From an uncultured Candidatus Saccharibacteria bacterium (lineage in GTDB: Bacteria; Patescibacteriota; Minisyncoccia; 2-02-FULL-40-12; GWA2-44-9): a stretch of 64,000 nt of DNA. The translations under genes and the position numbers were made by a program. Location of the stretch: positions 71,303-135,302 of the forward strand of contig CAZENF010000001.1 of the NCBI GenBank assembly GCA_964513645.1. Reading direction: 5' to 3'. Each line of letters begins with the position of its first letter. The first letter of the stretch is position 1. This document shows positions 27,515-40,197 of the stretch, piece after piece. Under the pieces are notes generated by a model. It was given only the letters and a program-made list of their open reading frames with translations. It ran no database searches and was not told the origin of the DNA.

Positions 27515-27877
27515 ATGGCTTCAGTCATCATTGAAGGCGGCAATGATCCGATAATTGCCAAAACCTGGAAAGATACGGTAAGAGTCAGACTGCTTCATGA
27601 TATTTATTCTTACTGCGGTCATGTTGGCGACCTAACAAACATAGACGTTCAGCCCAAAAGATTTATTTCAAAAGATTCGGGTGATGAAGTAACCGTGGGA
27701 GATGTCAGGGCAATTCTGATAGAAATGTACGAGGAGGGCCTTATCACGGGAATCCGTTTCAAATGTAACTGTTGTGCGCACCAAAAATTCCCGCCTAAGG
27801 AAGTTTTAGACCACGTTCTTGAATTCAAATTGACCCAAAAAGGCTTTGACCGTACGCCGGAACATATTTTCCCATAG
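27515..27877 (+). CDS. Orphan hypothetical protein
   Basis: TTGACC-17-TATCAT promoter, AAGGAG SD, terminator AGCGCC/GGCGCT+T. Confidence 0.75.
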   Translation: MASVIIEGGNDPIIAKTWKDTVRVRLLHDIYSYCGHVGDLTNIDVQPKRFISKDSGDEVTVGDVRAILIEMYEEGLITGIRFKCNCCAHQKFPPKEVLDHVLEFKLTQKGFDRTPEHIFP

Positions 27878-27893
27878 CGCCAGAAGGCGCTTT

Positions 27894-29093
27894 TTATTTG
27901 TGATATTCTATTTTGTATATCAATCCGGTCTTGTCATCAGAGACATAAAGGGCGTTTTTGTAAAATTTAAGGTCGACCGGACGGCCAAGAGCGCCCGCTC
28001 CGGTAAGCCAGCCGGCTACAAAATCTTCGGTTCCGGTATAATTACCGCTGCCACCTAATTTAATCCTTGCAAGTTTATAACCGGTCGGAACCGAGCGATT
28101 CCACGAACCATGATAGGCAACGATCAGGTTACCAAGATATTCTTTAGGCCAGCCGGAATCTTCCGGAACAAAAGCGAGTCCCAAGGGTGCGGAATGGGCC
28201 TGAAGGTCAATATGCGAAGGCTCTTTATCCAGACAAGGGTCACGAATATATTGATTTTTATCAAAATTGCTGTCATGGATATTTTGGCCGTAACAGATCG
28301 GCCAGCCGTAGTTTTTGCCTTCTTTGATTATATTTATTTCATCTGGTGGTAAATTGTCGCCCAAGTAATCTCGGCCCATTTCAGTCGCCCACATTTGTCC
28401 GGTTTTCGGTTGCCAGGTAAAAAACACAGAGTTCCTCAATCCTGAAGCGTAAAGTTTAAAATCACTCCCATCCCGGTTCATTGAATATATCGAAGCCCGC
28501 CTCGGATCTTTTTCATTACAAACATTGCAGGATGAACCGGTTGAAACATACAGTTTTTTATCCGGCCCAAATCCGATGGTTCTCGTAAAATGATCACTGC
28601 CATAAGGTAAATCAACTAATTTAACCGGCTTGCCTTCCGAATAAACAGAAATATTGGAAACCTTATCTTCTTCCGCAAAATAAAGAAGGGTCTTGTTGTC
28701 CGGGCTAAAAGCAAGTCCGTGCGGTTTTCTTAAATTCTTAAGTACTTCTTCCTGATGGTCGACTTTTCCGTTTTTTATCTCGATCAGCGATATTTTTCCT
28801 TGAGATGTTTGGCTGACCCAAAGATTCCCAAAAGTATCGAACTCCATCACTCTCGCCCCGGGTAAATTTTTGGCAAAAACCGAAATCGAAAAACCTTCAG
28901 GAAGTTTCAGAGGTAAGGATGTACGGTTTTCGGCCGGCGACGGAGAACTTAATTCTTCAGCAATATCCCCAGGTGGAGGCAGTATTACCGGCCCGACGCC
29001 TCTTAAATTTTTGTAATAAAAAACTCCGACTCCGAATAACAATACGCTAATCAATACGGATATCAGGCCAATGGCCAAAATTTTTATCGACAT
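27894..29093 (-). CDS. PQQ-dependent sugar (sorbosone/glucose) dehydrogenase family
   Basis: PHGLAF, H.TR, GSSCN.C, GLRN, PPDE.N, YGWP, HSAPLG, HGSWNR, GRP.D, SDD. Confidence 0.9.
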   Translation of the reverse strand: MSIKILAIGLISVLISVLLFGVGVFYYKNLRGVGPVILPPPGDIAEELSSPSPAENRTSLPLKLPEGFSISVFAKNLPGARVMEFDTFGNLWVSQTSQGKISLIEIKNGKVDHQEEVLKNLRKPHGLAFSPDNKTLLYFAEEDKVSNISVYSEGKPVKLVDLPYGSDHFTRTIGFGPDKKLYVSTGSSCNVCNEKDPRRASIYSMNRDGSDFKLYASGLRNSVFFTWQPKTGQMWATEMGRDYLGDNLPPDEINIIKEGKNYGWPICYGQNIHDSNFDKNQYIRDPCLDKEPSHIDLQAHSAPLGLAFVPEDSGWPKEYLGNLIVAYHGSWNRSVPTGYKLARIKLGGSGNYTGTEDFVAGWLTGAGALGRPVDLKFYKNALYVSDDKTGLIYKIEYHK

Positions 29094-29094
29094 A

Positions 29095-31560
29095 TCAGGA
29101 AAAAGAATATTTTTTATAAAACGCTCTTTTTATAAGCTCAACGCTAATTAAATATGCAACAACGATAGCAACTATCGCGAGAAGCGGTCCGGCTTTTAAG
29201 AAATGGAATTTAAAAATACTCCCGACAGGAGTCACACATAACAGCCAACCAATCACAACCGCGGACAAGGTGCTGATAAGAAGGACCTTGCTCGGCTTGC
29301 TTTGAATGAAAGGTATTTTTTTACTTCGAATTATATGAACCACGAGGGTTTGAGTGGCTAAAGACTCGAGGAACCAGCCGGTTTGGAAATTAGCATCCAT
29401 CAGATGAAAAACTGACAGCAGGATTATAAAAGTAATCAAATCAAAGAAAGAACTGGCTGGACCAAAAATTATCATGAATTTTTTAATGAAGCCGATGTCC
29501 CATTTCTTGGGTTTTTTAATATCTTCATCATCAACATAGTCGTAAGGAATAACAAACTGAGAGCTATCGTATAGTAAATTGTTTAGAAGTATCTGCACTG
29601 GAAGCATCGGCAGAAAAGGAATGAACAAAGAAGCTCCGGCCATTGAGAACATGTTGCCGAAGTTGGAACTTAGCGTCATCATCAGATATTTAAGCGTATT
29701 CGCAAAAGTCTTGCGGCCCTCGATTACACCATTGACCAGCTCGTGCAAACTCTTGTGTATCAGGATCAGATCGGCTGATTCCTTGGCCACGTCAACAGCA
29801 TTATTAACCGATATCCCGACATCCGCTGCCTTGAGGGAAGGAGCATCATTGATACCATCGCCCAAATAACCTACAACGTGTTTATCTTTCTTTAAGAGTT
29901 CAATTATTCTTACCTTTTGATCTGGCGAAACTCTTGAAAAGATCGTGGTATTTTCGGCTTTTATCCTAAGCTCATCATCGCTAAATTTATCTATTTCTTG
30001 GCCGGTAAGTATTCCTTTGATCTTGAGGCCGATCTCATTTGCGATCTTGGAACTTACCAGATGGTTATCGCCAGTAACGATCTTAATTTCTATTCCATAT
30101 TCCTCGAGTTTCCTTAATGTTTCGGCAACTGTTTTTTTAGGCGGATCAAGGAAAGAAATGAAACCTACAAAAGACATCCTCTCTTCTTCGTCTTTTTTAT
30201 ATATTTCTTTGTGGTCAGTAAGTTTTTTAACCGCCACGCCCAGAACCCTGAATCCATCCCGGCTTAGCCTTTCATATTCTTCATGGACTTCTTTCTTGGA
30301 AGACGCGTCGGCTTTTTTATCGCTTTTCCAAAAATCGGTACAAATATTCAATATTTCTTCAGGCGCACCCTTAGATATCAAGAACCGATGCCCATTGCCT
30401 TCGGCAACAATAGAATTCCTTTTTCTATTGTAATCAAAAGGTATTTCGTCGATCTTAGTATAATCGCGACGGTCTATTTCTTTAAATTTAATGACGGCGT
30501 CATTCAATGGGTTGGCAAAACCGCTCTGATATAAGCTGTTTATGTAGGCATAGAAAAAAACATCTTCTGATTCTTTACCAAAGCCATCGGAATATTTGAC
30601 AAGAACAATCTTATCTTCGGTCAATGTACCGGTTTTATCAGTACAAAGAATATCCATTCCTCCGAAACTTTGTATCGCCGAAAGTTTTTTAACTATCACG
30701 CCTTCTTTTGACATTATCATCGAGCCGCGTGAAAGGTTCAGGGCAATTATCATCGGCAGCAATTCAGGGGTCAATCCGACGGCCAAAGCGGCGGCGAAAA
30801 GAAAAGATTCAAGAATGCTGTGCCGGCCCAAGGTATTTACCAAAAAAACAAAAATAACCAAAGCAAAGGTAATTTTCATTATCAAATAGCTGAAATCCTT
30901 GATACCCCGATCAAAATCTGTGGGCTCTTCTTTTTTGACTATCATATCCGCTATTTTACCGAATTTAGTGTTCCGTCCGGTCGAGCTAATTATCATCAGA
31001 GCATTTCCAGTAACCACACTCGAACCCATATAAGAATCCGAACCGGGCTCCTTCTCAATTGGAAAAGATTCACCGGTCAAGACTGATTCATTAACAAAAA
31101 AATCTTTGGCTTGGATTATTTTACCGTCAGCAGGTAAAAGATCCCCTGGAGAGAGCGAGACTACATCTCCTGGAACTATCGTAGCTAAAGGCAATTCGTG
31201 AAGCCGATTATCCCTTACTACGGTTGCCGTTATCTTTACCCGTTCCTTGAGAGCCTCAGCCGCCTTTTGCGATTTATAAGTATTTATAAAATCCAAGGTC
31301 ACACTCATGATAACTATCGAGATAATTAACAAAGGATCCAGCCTGGCTCCGAAAGAACCCGAAATAAGCGCGGCAAAAATTAAAATAAAAATAAGCGGGT
31401 TCTTGAAAAGAAGCAGAAAATTAACAACGATAGAAAGCTGTTTCTTGTAAACTATCTCGTTCGGGCCGTATTTGCGTAAAAGCTTCTTTGCTTCGGTATG
31501 AGATAAACTCTTGTAGCCGTCCGGTATCGTTATAGCCTGGTTGTGATTAAGCTTAGCCAT
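29095..31560 (-). CDS. mgtA: Magnesium-translocating P-type ATPase
   Basis: TGES, AVGLTPELLP, DKTGTLT, GDGIND, SSNFGN, QTGWF.ES. Confidence 0.93.
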   Translation of the reverse strand: MAKLNHNQAITIPDGYKSLSHTEAKKLLRKYGPNEIVYKKQLSIVVNFLLLFKNPLIFILIFAALISGSFGARLDPLLIISIVIMSVTLDFINTYKSQKAAEALKERVKITATVVRDNRLHELPLATIVPGDVVSLSPGDLLPADGKIIQAKDFFVNESVLTGESFPIEKEPGSDSYMGSSVVTGNALMIISSTGRNTKFGKIADMIVKKEEPTDFDRGIKDFSYLIMKITFALVIFVFLVNTLGRHSILESFLFAAALAVGLTPELLPMIIALNLSRGSMIMSKEGVIVKKLSAIQSFGGMDILCTDKTGTLTEDKIVLVKYSDGFGKESEDVFFYAYINSLYQSGFANPLNDAVIKFKEIDRRDYTKIDEIPFDYNRKRNSIVAEGNGHRFLISKGAPEEILNICTDFWKSDKKADASSKKEVHEEYERLSRDGFRVLGVAVKKLTDHKEIYKKDEEERMSFVGFISFLDPPKKTVAETLRKLEEYGIEIKIVTGDNHLVSSKIANEIGLKIKGILTGQEIDKFSDDELRIKAENTTIFSRVSPDQKVRIIELLKKDKHVVGYLGDGINDAPSLKAADVGISVNNAVDVAKESADLILIHKSLHELVNGVIEGRKTFANTLKYLMMTLSSNFGNMFSMAGASLFIPFLPMLPVQILLNNLLYDSSQFVIPYDYVDDEDIKKPKKWDIGFIKKFMIIFGPASSFFDLITFIILLSVFHLMDANFQTGWFLESLATQTLVVHIIRSKKIPFIQSKPSKVLLISTLSAVVIGWLLCVTPVGSIFKFHFLKAGPLLAIVAIVVAYLISVELIKRAFYKKYSFS

Positions 31561-31603
31561 AGTTTTCGTTTAAATTATATAACAAAAAACGAAAAAGACC
31601 GAA

Positions 31604-31756
31604 CTATTCGAGTTCGGTCCGGACTTCCTTCCTTGTTCTTTCTTTTTCCTTATGCCGACGATATTTGCCGCCTTTAAGGGTTTTGTGAGGTCCGCCGGTT
31701 TGCATAAGAACCGGGAGCCTGACTTTCAGGTAGAGAGGTTTGTCTTTTTTAACCAT
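31604..31756 (-). CDS. Small basic protein (50 aa)
   Basis: TATAAT and GGAG SD before ATG 31756; MVKKDKPLYL...GGPHKTLKGGKYRRHKEK. Confidence 0.6.
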   Translation of the reverse strand: MVKKDKPLYLKVRLPVLMQTGGPHKTLKGGKYRRHKEKERTRKEVRTELE

Positions 31757-31775
31757 ATCTCCTGGATTATAACAA

Positions 31776-31958
31776 ATCCCACCAAAATTTTCACGAATTG
31801 AAAACTTTGGTGGGAGGCCAAGGAAGAATTCACTTGGCTTGGGTAGTTTTTCCTGGAACATTCCTACCTCTGGCCTGTTTCGGCTTGTCGCCGTCCCGCA
31901 GCTGGGGGTTGCGGAATTTTTCGTCGGACACAGCAGGCTCCGACTAGATGAAACGGCG
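31776..31958 (-). ncRNA. Structured RNA segment following a small ORF
   Basis: GC-rich serial hairpins GTCGGA/TCCGAC, CCGCA/TGCGG, GGTAG/CTACC, GCCAAG/CTTGGC, TCCCACCAAA/TTTGGTGGGA. Confidence 0.45.
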
Positions 31959-32129
31959 CTATCCCTTTTTGGGAGCAGGTTTACCGCCGCAGGGTGTAGA
32001 GATCATACGCTTTTGGAAAGCGCACTGTTGGCGGTCAATTTCCGCCTTCTCACGCCCTGACCAAGTGTACCCCTTTTTTCGGAGCAACATGGTTGCTTCA
32101 TCGGCCAAGTCCTTATTAGACTTTGCCAT
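31959..32129 (-). CDS. Small basic orphan protein (56 aa)
   Basis: Own translation MAKSNKDLADEATMLLRKKGYTWSG...PCGGKPAPKKG; TTTACT-17-TAATAT upstream. Confidence 0.55.
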   Translation of the reverse strand: MAKSNKDLADEATMLLRKKGYTWSGREKAEIDRQQCAFQKRMISTPCGGKPAPKKG

Positions 32130-32206
32130 AAACACATCATCATATTAACACATTTTTAACATAAAGTAAAGAACCGGTAAAAACCCGGTACTTTTATATT
32201 AGTACA

Positions 32207-32545
32207 TTAGAGACCGTTAACGTCGCTTTCCGAGAACTTAAATTCATTATTAACATCGCCTAAATTAACGCTGTTAATGGCATTATTGGTAACAGCATCC
32301 TGATGCGCATCCTGATCATTTTGTGTTTGTGGTGCTTGAACTACTGGTTCAGGTGCTTGTTGACCGATATACCACCAGGCACCGAAACCGGCAAAGGCGA
32401 TAAGAACCAATACTATCCAAAACCACAGATTTCTTTTTTTCATCGGTGTTGAAGGCATTAACGGGGCCGGCCCGTTTGGCTGGCTGCCCGAAGGGACACC
32501 CGCTTCTGGGTTTTGAGTTTGTGGAGTTATGTTTATATTGTCCAT
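32207..32545 (-). CDS. Single-TM hypothetical protein
   Basis: Pro-rich N-terminus, one TM. Confidence 0.75.
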   Translation of the reverse strand: MDNINITPQTQNPEAGVPSGSQPNGPAPLMPSTPMKKRNLWFWIVLVLIAFAGFGAWWYIGQQAPEPVVQAPQTQNDQDAHQDAVTNNAINSVNLGDVNNEFKFSESDVNGL

Positions 32546-32570
32546 ATTTTTTATTTTAAATAATTAATAA

Positions 32571-33299
32571 TTAAGGGGTTACGGCCGGCACCGGAGATTC
32601 AGACGGTTCCGGAGTCGGACCTGGCAGATCAGCATTATTTCCATGAACTCTTGCAAAAGCAACTGCCACAGCATGAACGGAATCTCTTGCAGCTTTAACC
32701 TTTTCACGGACAGTTTTAAGGTCGTTCTTTAACAACTCCATTGTTGTTTTGACACTGCTTCGAAGATTGGCGGCGGTTGTAACGTTTATGTTATATGTTT
32801 TGGCCGCCTGGGCGGTAACCGCATCTCTGGCGTCCATTATTGCCTGGTGGGCGGAACTAATAGCCGTCCTGATAGAAGAGACGTCAATGCCTTTTTCTTG
32901 GGCAGAATCCACTCTCGTCGTAATTCCATTCAAAACATCATCCATCTGGTCCAGGGCGGAAACGAAAAGATCGGTCATTTTTTGATTTATAGAATCGAAT
33001 CTCTGGTCCAGATCTTCAACAGTTTTTTGTTTTCTTTGGTCTTTAATTTTTAGAAGAGCGGTCTTTAGTGCGGCTCTTTTGGCGTCTATTTTTGTTTTAA
33101 GAGTATCTCTTTCAGACTGTATCTGTTTTTCAAAATTCATCCGCATCTGCTGAATATCATCTTTGGTCATTTCACGTAATTCCTTTATCGGCCTGATGGA
33201 AGGCAAAGGACTCGGGGTTGCTGATGTTTGTCCAAGCACTGGCAAAGCAAGGCTTAACCCGAGCAAAGAAATTGCCGAATATTTGAGATAGTTATTCAT
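32571..33299 (-). CDS. Secreted coiled-coil protein
   Basis: Signal peptide, long helical region, G.DVS...YNI motif. Confidence 0.8.
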   Translation of the reverse strand: MNNYLKYSAISLLGLSLALPVLGQTSATPSPLPSIRPIKELREMTKDDIQQMRMNFEKQIQSERDTLKTKIDAKRAALKTALLKIKDQRKQKTVEDLDQRFDSINQKMTDLFVSALDQMDDVLNGITTRVDSAQEKGIDVSSIRTAISSAHQAIMDARDAVTAQAAKTYNINVTTAANLRSSVKTTMELLKNDLKTVREKVKAARDSVHAVAVAFARVHGNNADLPGPTPEPSESPVPAVTP

Positions 33300-33315
33300 A
33301 ATCCTTAATTATAAC

Positions 33316-34035
33316 TTACCACGGATTGCGGGAATATATAAAATTGTTGATAACTGAATAAGTTCCGACAACCGCCGCCGTTTCGGCGCGTAAAACGAGT
33401 TTCCCAAGATTTATTACTTTAAAGCCGCCATTTTTTGCCAACTCTATTTCGGAACCTGTCCAGCCGCCTTCAGGACCTATCCAGATGCCAAAATTGCTCT
33501 GTTCTCGGATTTTTGGATTATCATAATTTTCTCCTGACGGGTCAAAGAAAAAATTTATTTTTGATGCCAAAAGAACCGCTTTTCCAAAATCCATGGGCTC
33601 GTGAATTAATGGTACAATCCCCCGTCCTGATTGTTCTGCCGCCTCTCTGGCTATTTTTTGTAGACGATCGTGTCGGAGATTAAGTTTGACGGTCCGATCT
33701 GTAATTACAGGCGCAATTTCAGAGATACCAAGTTCGGTCGTTTTCTGGACGACCCATTCAACGTTTTCATTTTTCAAAACCGCACAATATAAAACAAACT
33801 TCCCTTTCGGTTCTTTATCATTCTTATAGACCTTCAGAATGTTGAAGCCGATGAATTCTTTATTTAATTCTGTGATTTCCGCCTCTGCTTCGTTCAAATT
33901 TCCGTCAGACAATATAACAATTTCACCGGTGCTTAAACGTAAAACTTTAACGATCTGTCCGATAAGTTCAGGTTCGGATACTTTAATCCCGCCGGGTCTA
34001 AGTTTAAAATTCCCTATAAAATGGTGTAATTTCAT
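33316..34035 (-). CDS. rsmE: 16S rRNA m3U1498 methyltransferase
   Basis: VLRL, QK.TELG, EAAEQSGR, IGPEGG, LG..VLRAETA. Confidence 0.95.
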   Translation of the reverse strand: MKLHHFIGNFKLRPGGIKVSEPELIGQIVKVLRLSTGEIVILSDGNLNEAEAEITELNKEFIGFNILKVYKNDKEPKGKFVLYCAVLKNENVEWVVQKTTELGISEIAPVITDRTVKLNLRHDRLQKIAREAAEQSGRGIVPLIHEPMDFGKAVLLASKINFFFDPSGENYDNPKIREQSNFGIWIGPEGGWTGSEIELAKNGGFKVINLGKLVLRAETAAVVGTYSVINNFIYSRNPW

Positions 34036-34183
34036 ATGATAAACAATATAACTCTTATGTGGATTAATTCCAATTGCTAAGATAGCGAGAAGTAGTATAT
34101 TTACATTATAATCAAATACGAAATACGAAATAAGAAATCATAAAAATTAGGGCTTCTATGTTCGGATTTCGAATTTCTTAAAA

Positions 34184-34540
34184 ATGCCAAAAAAAATGAA
34201 GACCGGATCGGCAATTGGTCTTGGTGCAGGAATTGCCGCCGCCGCGGTCGGTGCGGCGTTGGGAGCTTACCTTCTCACCGGAGACAGAGCGGCCAAAACT
34301 AAAAAAGTTTTGAAAAGCTGGGTCTTGAAAGCAAAAGGCGAGGTGCTTGAACAGCTCGAGAACCTTGAAGAAATAACCGAAGAGGGTTATGACAAGATCG
34401 TCGATGAAGTTGCCAGAAAATATTCCAAAATGGCCGGAGTATCAAAAGCAGAAGTTGAAGAAATGGCAGACGGACTCAAGAAAAATTGGAGAGCTGTCAG
34501 TAAGACCGTAACAAAAAAAGTTAAGAAGTTGGCAAAATAA
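34184..34540 (+). CDS. Hypothetical protein (Ala/Gly-rich TM plus helical domain)
   Basis: Intact ORF; terminator AAACCCCGCA/TGCGGGGTTT follows. Confidence 0.8.
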   Translation: MPKKMKTGSAIGLGAGIAAAAVGAALGAYLLTGDRAAKTKKVLKSWVLKAKGEVLEQLENLEEITEEGYDKIVDEVARKYSKMAGVSKAEVEEMADGLKKNWRAVSKTVTKKVKKLAK

Positions 34541-34648
34541 AAAAGAAACCCCGCATCTGCGGGGTTTTTAATTATCTTCAATCTGTCATCAGTCATATTT
34601 TCAGACATCTCATCCTACCGATTATATCTCGAAATTCAAAATTAGAAA

Positions 34649-37163
<2,515 letters not shown>

Positions 37164-37164
37164 A

Positions 37165-38688
37165 CTACACCCTTTTTAATTCAGCCAAGGAATTCTTTAA
37201 CTTCTTCTCCGTCTCGTCATCCAATAAATTAGTTTCTTTAATTCTTTTCAAAACGTCACCGTGAAGTTTCTCAATATTATCAAGTATTTTTGTTGAAACC
37301 TTGCTCACATTCTCAACTTTTACGTCATCAAGATATCCGTTCGTCGCCATATATATCTCGACGACCTGCTTTTCAAATGGTATCGGCTCGTTGTCGACTT
37401 GTTTTAAAATTTCGGTCAGACGCTGGCCGCGAGCAATCTGTTTTTTCGTATTTTCATCAAGATCTGAAGCAAATTGAACGAAGGCCTGAAGTTCCCGGAA
37501 TTGAGCCAGATCAAGACGCAATTTACCGGCAACCTTTTTCATCGCTTTGGTTTGGGCGGAAGAACCGACACGGGAAACAGATAATCCCGCATTTACTGCC
37601 GGACGCAGGCCTTTATAGAAAAGGTCGGATTCAAGATATATCTGACCGTCGGTGATAGAAATAACATTCGTCGGAATATAGGCCGAAACATCCCCCAACT
37701 GCGTCTCAATTATCGGCAAAGCGGTTAAGGAACCGCCTCCATTGTCTTTGTTCATCTTAGCTGCTCTTTCAAGTAATCGAGCATGGAGATAAAAAATATC
37801 GCCCGGATAAGCTTCACGCCCCGGCGGACGGCGCAAAAGCAATGACAATTGACGGTAAGAATCAGCATGTTTAGACAGGTCATCATACACCACAAGAGCA
37901 TCCTCGCCTTTATCCATAAAATATTCCCCTATCGCACAACCGGCGAACGGAGCCAGATACTGAAGAGAGGCGGGAGAAGAGGCCGGAGCAGAAACAATTA
38001 TTGAATATTTTAAAGCGCCTTTATCTTCAAGGGTTTTGATGAGTTTGGCTATTTTTGAATTTTTTTGGCCAATAGCAACGTACACGCAAACAACTTGGCG
38101 TCTTCCTGAATCGCGGCCCTGATTTATTATCGCATCCAAAACTATTGCCGTTTTTCCGGTTTGACGATCACCGATGATTAGTTCTCTCTGGCCTCGCCCG
38201 ATAGGTATCATAGAATCGATAGATTTGATGCCCGTATGTAAAGGTGTCGTCACTGGTTCCCTGGCAACAACCGAAGGAGCTTTGCGTTCAAGCGGATAAT
38301 CTTTAGCTTTTTTAGGATCTGAAAAAATCACTCCCTTGCCATCGAGCGGGTTGCCCAAAGGATCCACGACTCGTCCTAAGAGTTCCGGCCCAGCCTTAAT
38401 AGATACCACGTTTCCGGTTTGTTTTACTCGGTCGCCGACGTTGACTTTTTGGGCGTCGCCAAGAATAACAACGCCGATAAAACTTTCTTCGAGATTGAAC
38501 GCAATCCCCGCCACATCGCCTTTTGTGGTTTCTATATTTAAAAGTTCCTGGCTAAGGGCTCTCGAAAGACCCGAGATCTTCGCAATTCCATCCCCAACCT
38601 CGGTCACTATACCGACATGTTCAAATTCGGCCTTATTTTTGTAGCCGGAAATTTCTTTCTTAAGTTTTTCTATTATCTCATAAGACAT
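37165..38688 (-). CDS. atpA: ATP synthase alpha
   Basis: [31 protein letters not shown]; true start MSYE at 38688. Confidence 0.98.
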   Translation of the reverse strand: MSYEIIEKLKKEISGYKNKAEFEHVGIVTEVGDGIAKISGLSRALSQELLNIETTKGDVAGIAFNLEESFIGVVILGDAQKVNVGDRVKQTGNVVSIKAGPELLGRVVDPLGNPLDGKGVIFSDPKKAKDYPLERKAPSVVAREPVTTPLHTGIKSIDSMIPIGRGQRELIIGDRQTGKTAIVLDAIINQGRDSGRRQVVCVYVAIGQKNSKIAKLIKTLEDKGALKYSIIVSAPASSPASLQYLAPFAGCAIGEYFMDKGEDALVVYDDLSKHADSYRQLSLLLRRPPGREAYPGDIFYLHARLLERAAKMNKDNGGGSLTALPIIETQLGDVSAYIPTNVISITDGQIYLESDLFYKGLRPAVNAGLSVSRVGSSAQTKAMKKVAGKLRLDLAQFRELQAFVQFASDLDENTKKQIARGQRLTEILKQVDNEPIPFEKQVVEIYMATNGYLDDVKVENVSKVSTKILDNIEKLHGDVLKRIKETNLLDDETEKKLKNSLAELKRV

Positions 38689-38695
38689 GTTTGAT

Positions 38696-38841
38696 TTAAG
38701 CAAATGGCTATATTCTTTCGCTACCGTTCGCTCGCCCAACGAGCTCGCTCACTGCCTTTCGTCGGTCGCTCTCTCGCTTCGCTCGAACCATGCCCGCTTC
38801 CCTCCTCGAAGCGCGCGAGAAGAACATAGCTATTTGCTTAA
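38696..38841 (-). repeat. Structured element, copy 1 (atpH-atpA)
   Basis: 21-bp closing IR (19/21); core shared with 48279-48423. Confidence 0.85.
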
Positions 38842-38847
38842 CTAATT

Positions 38848-39225
38848 TTATTTAAATAATTTTTTAAGCTTATTGTTCAAAGAATTGTCCAACTCCTGAT
38901 CGCCATTGATCGTCACCCTGACTCCGGCGACCAAGGAAGGGTTTAGTTTAAATTCAACACGGTCTTTTTTTGAAAAATTTTTCTTAATATTATCTATCTG
39001 GGAAACGCTCGCTTCTCTCGCTAATTCAACGATTACCCAATTTCCGCCGTTCAAACTAACGGCCTTTCTTTGAATTTTATTTAATATCTCGTCTTTGTGG
39101 GAAATATCGCCGTTTTTTTTCAGTAATTTTATAAAATTAGGAACAATGGACGCTCTCTCGACAGCCGGAATTTCATCTAACACATCCAGAAAAGCATCAA
39201 CGTAATTGTTTATTAAATATTTCAT
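38848..39225 (-). CDS. atpH: ATP synthase delta (shortened)
   Basis: Position between atpF and atpA; NPSLVAGVRV...LDNS..NKL. Confidence 0.82.
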   Translation of the reverse strand: MKYLINNYVDAFLDVLDEIPAVERASIVPNFIKLLKKNGDISHKDEILNKIQRKAVSLNGGNWVIVELAREASVSQIDNIKKNFSKKDRVEFKLNPSLVAGVRVTINGDQELDNSLNNKLKKLFK

Positions 39226-39230
39226 TTTAT

Positions 39231-39365
39231 TTGACTAATTCTATCCTATCTGTTAATATAATTTTGCAACGTTTGGAAGTCGACTTCTGGCCGTTGAAGT
39301 GGGTATTGAGTGGTTGGACCTTTTTTGTCCTTCCCAGTCCAAAAGGACCAATACCCGCCTTTTTT
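39231..39365 (+). ncRNA. Candidate small RNA on the opposite strand within the atp operon
   Basis: TTGACT-17-TAATAT with TG; GGGTATTG/CAATACCC hairpin then T-run. Confidence 0.4.
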
Positions 39366-39861
39366 ATACTTTCAATACCTTGACCGCCTGCTCAATTAAT
39401 TTATCATCTATCTGCTCCGGCTTCATTTCAACTGTCCTGATAATTGCATCACGTACTAATTTTTTAGCTTCTTCCGAAACACGGGCCATTTCTTCTTTTT
39501 CTTTTCTCTCTGCTATCAGCATCGCTTCCCGCAAAGCATCTTGGGCCTTTTTGTCAGCTTGATTGATTATTTCCTGTGCACGTACGGAAGCATTTTTTTC
39601 AGCGTAAGAAATTATCGAAACGGCCTGCGAGTCGGCATCCTGAATTTTTTCCCCGGCTCTTTTTTCGGCATCTAATATAACTTCTTTAGCCATTTCGCCG
39701 CCTTTAATGCCAAGCTCTATCTTCTTACGACGTTCCTCAACCATTTTCATTAAAGGTTTGTAAACGAATTGGGTAAGGACGATGAGTAATATGACAAAAT
39801 TCACCCCTTGAGCAATGAGGAGTTTTGAGTCAATTCCCAATTGGCTTGTCAGTTGTTCCAC
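39364..39861 (-). CDS. atpF: ATP synthase b
   Basis: LGI....IAQ.VNF.IL...L..F.YKP....ERR..I. Confidence 0.95.
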   Translation of the reverse strand: MEQLTSQLGIDSKLLIAQGVNFVILLIVLTQFVYKPLMKMVEERRKKIELGIKGGEMAKEVILDAEKRAGEKIQDADSQAVSIISYAEKNASVRAQEIINQADKKAQDALREAMLIAERKEKEEMARVSEEAKKLVRDAIIRTVEMKPEQIDDKLIEQAVKVLKV

Positions 39862-39867
39862 TTCGTT

Positions 39868-40197
<330 letters not shown>

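Noticed and set aside
31776-31958. M-box magnesium riboswitch for mgtA
   Set aside because: No match to M-box conserved segments as I recall them, and a separately promoted small ORF intervenes
38689-38739. N-terminal extension of AtpA in the ORF track
   Set aside because: Arises from the structured element; the homologous start is MSYE at 38688
38780-38820. HDV-like or hammerhead ribozyme in the two-copy element (CCTCCTCG; GTGAG...GAAC)
   Set aside because: Could not build the nested double pseudoknot or a CUGANGA/GAAA core by eye
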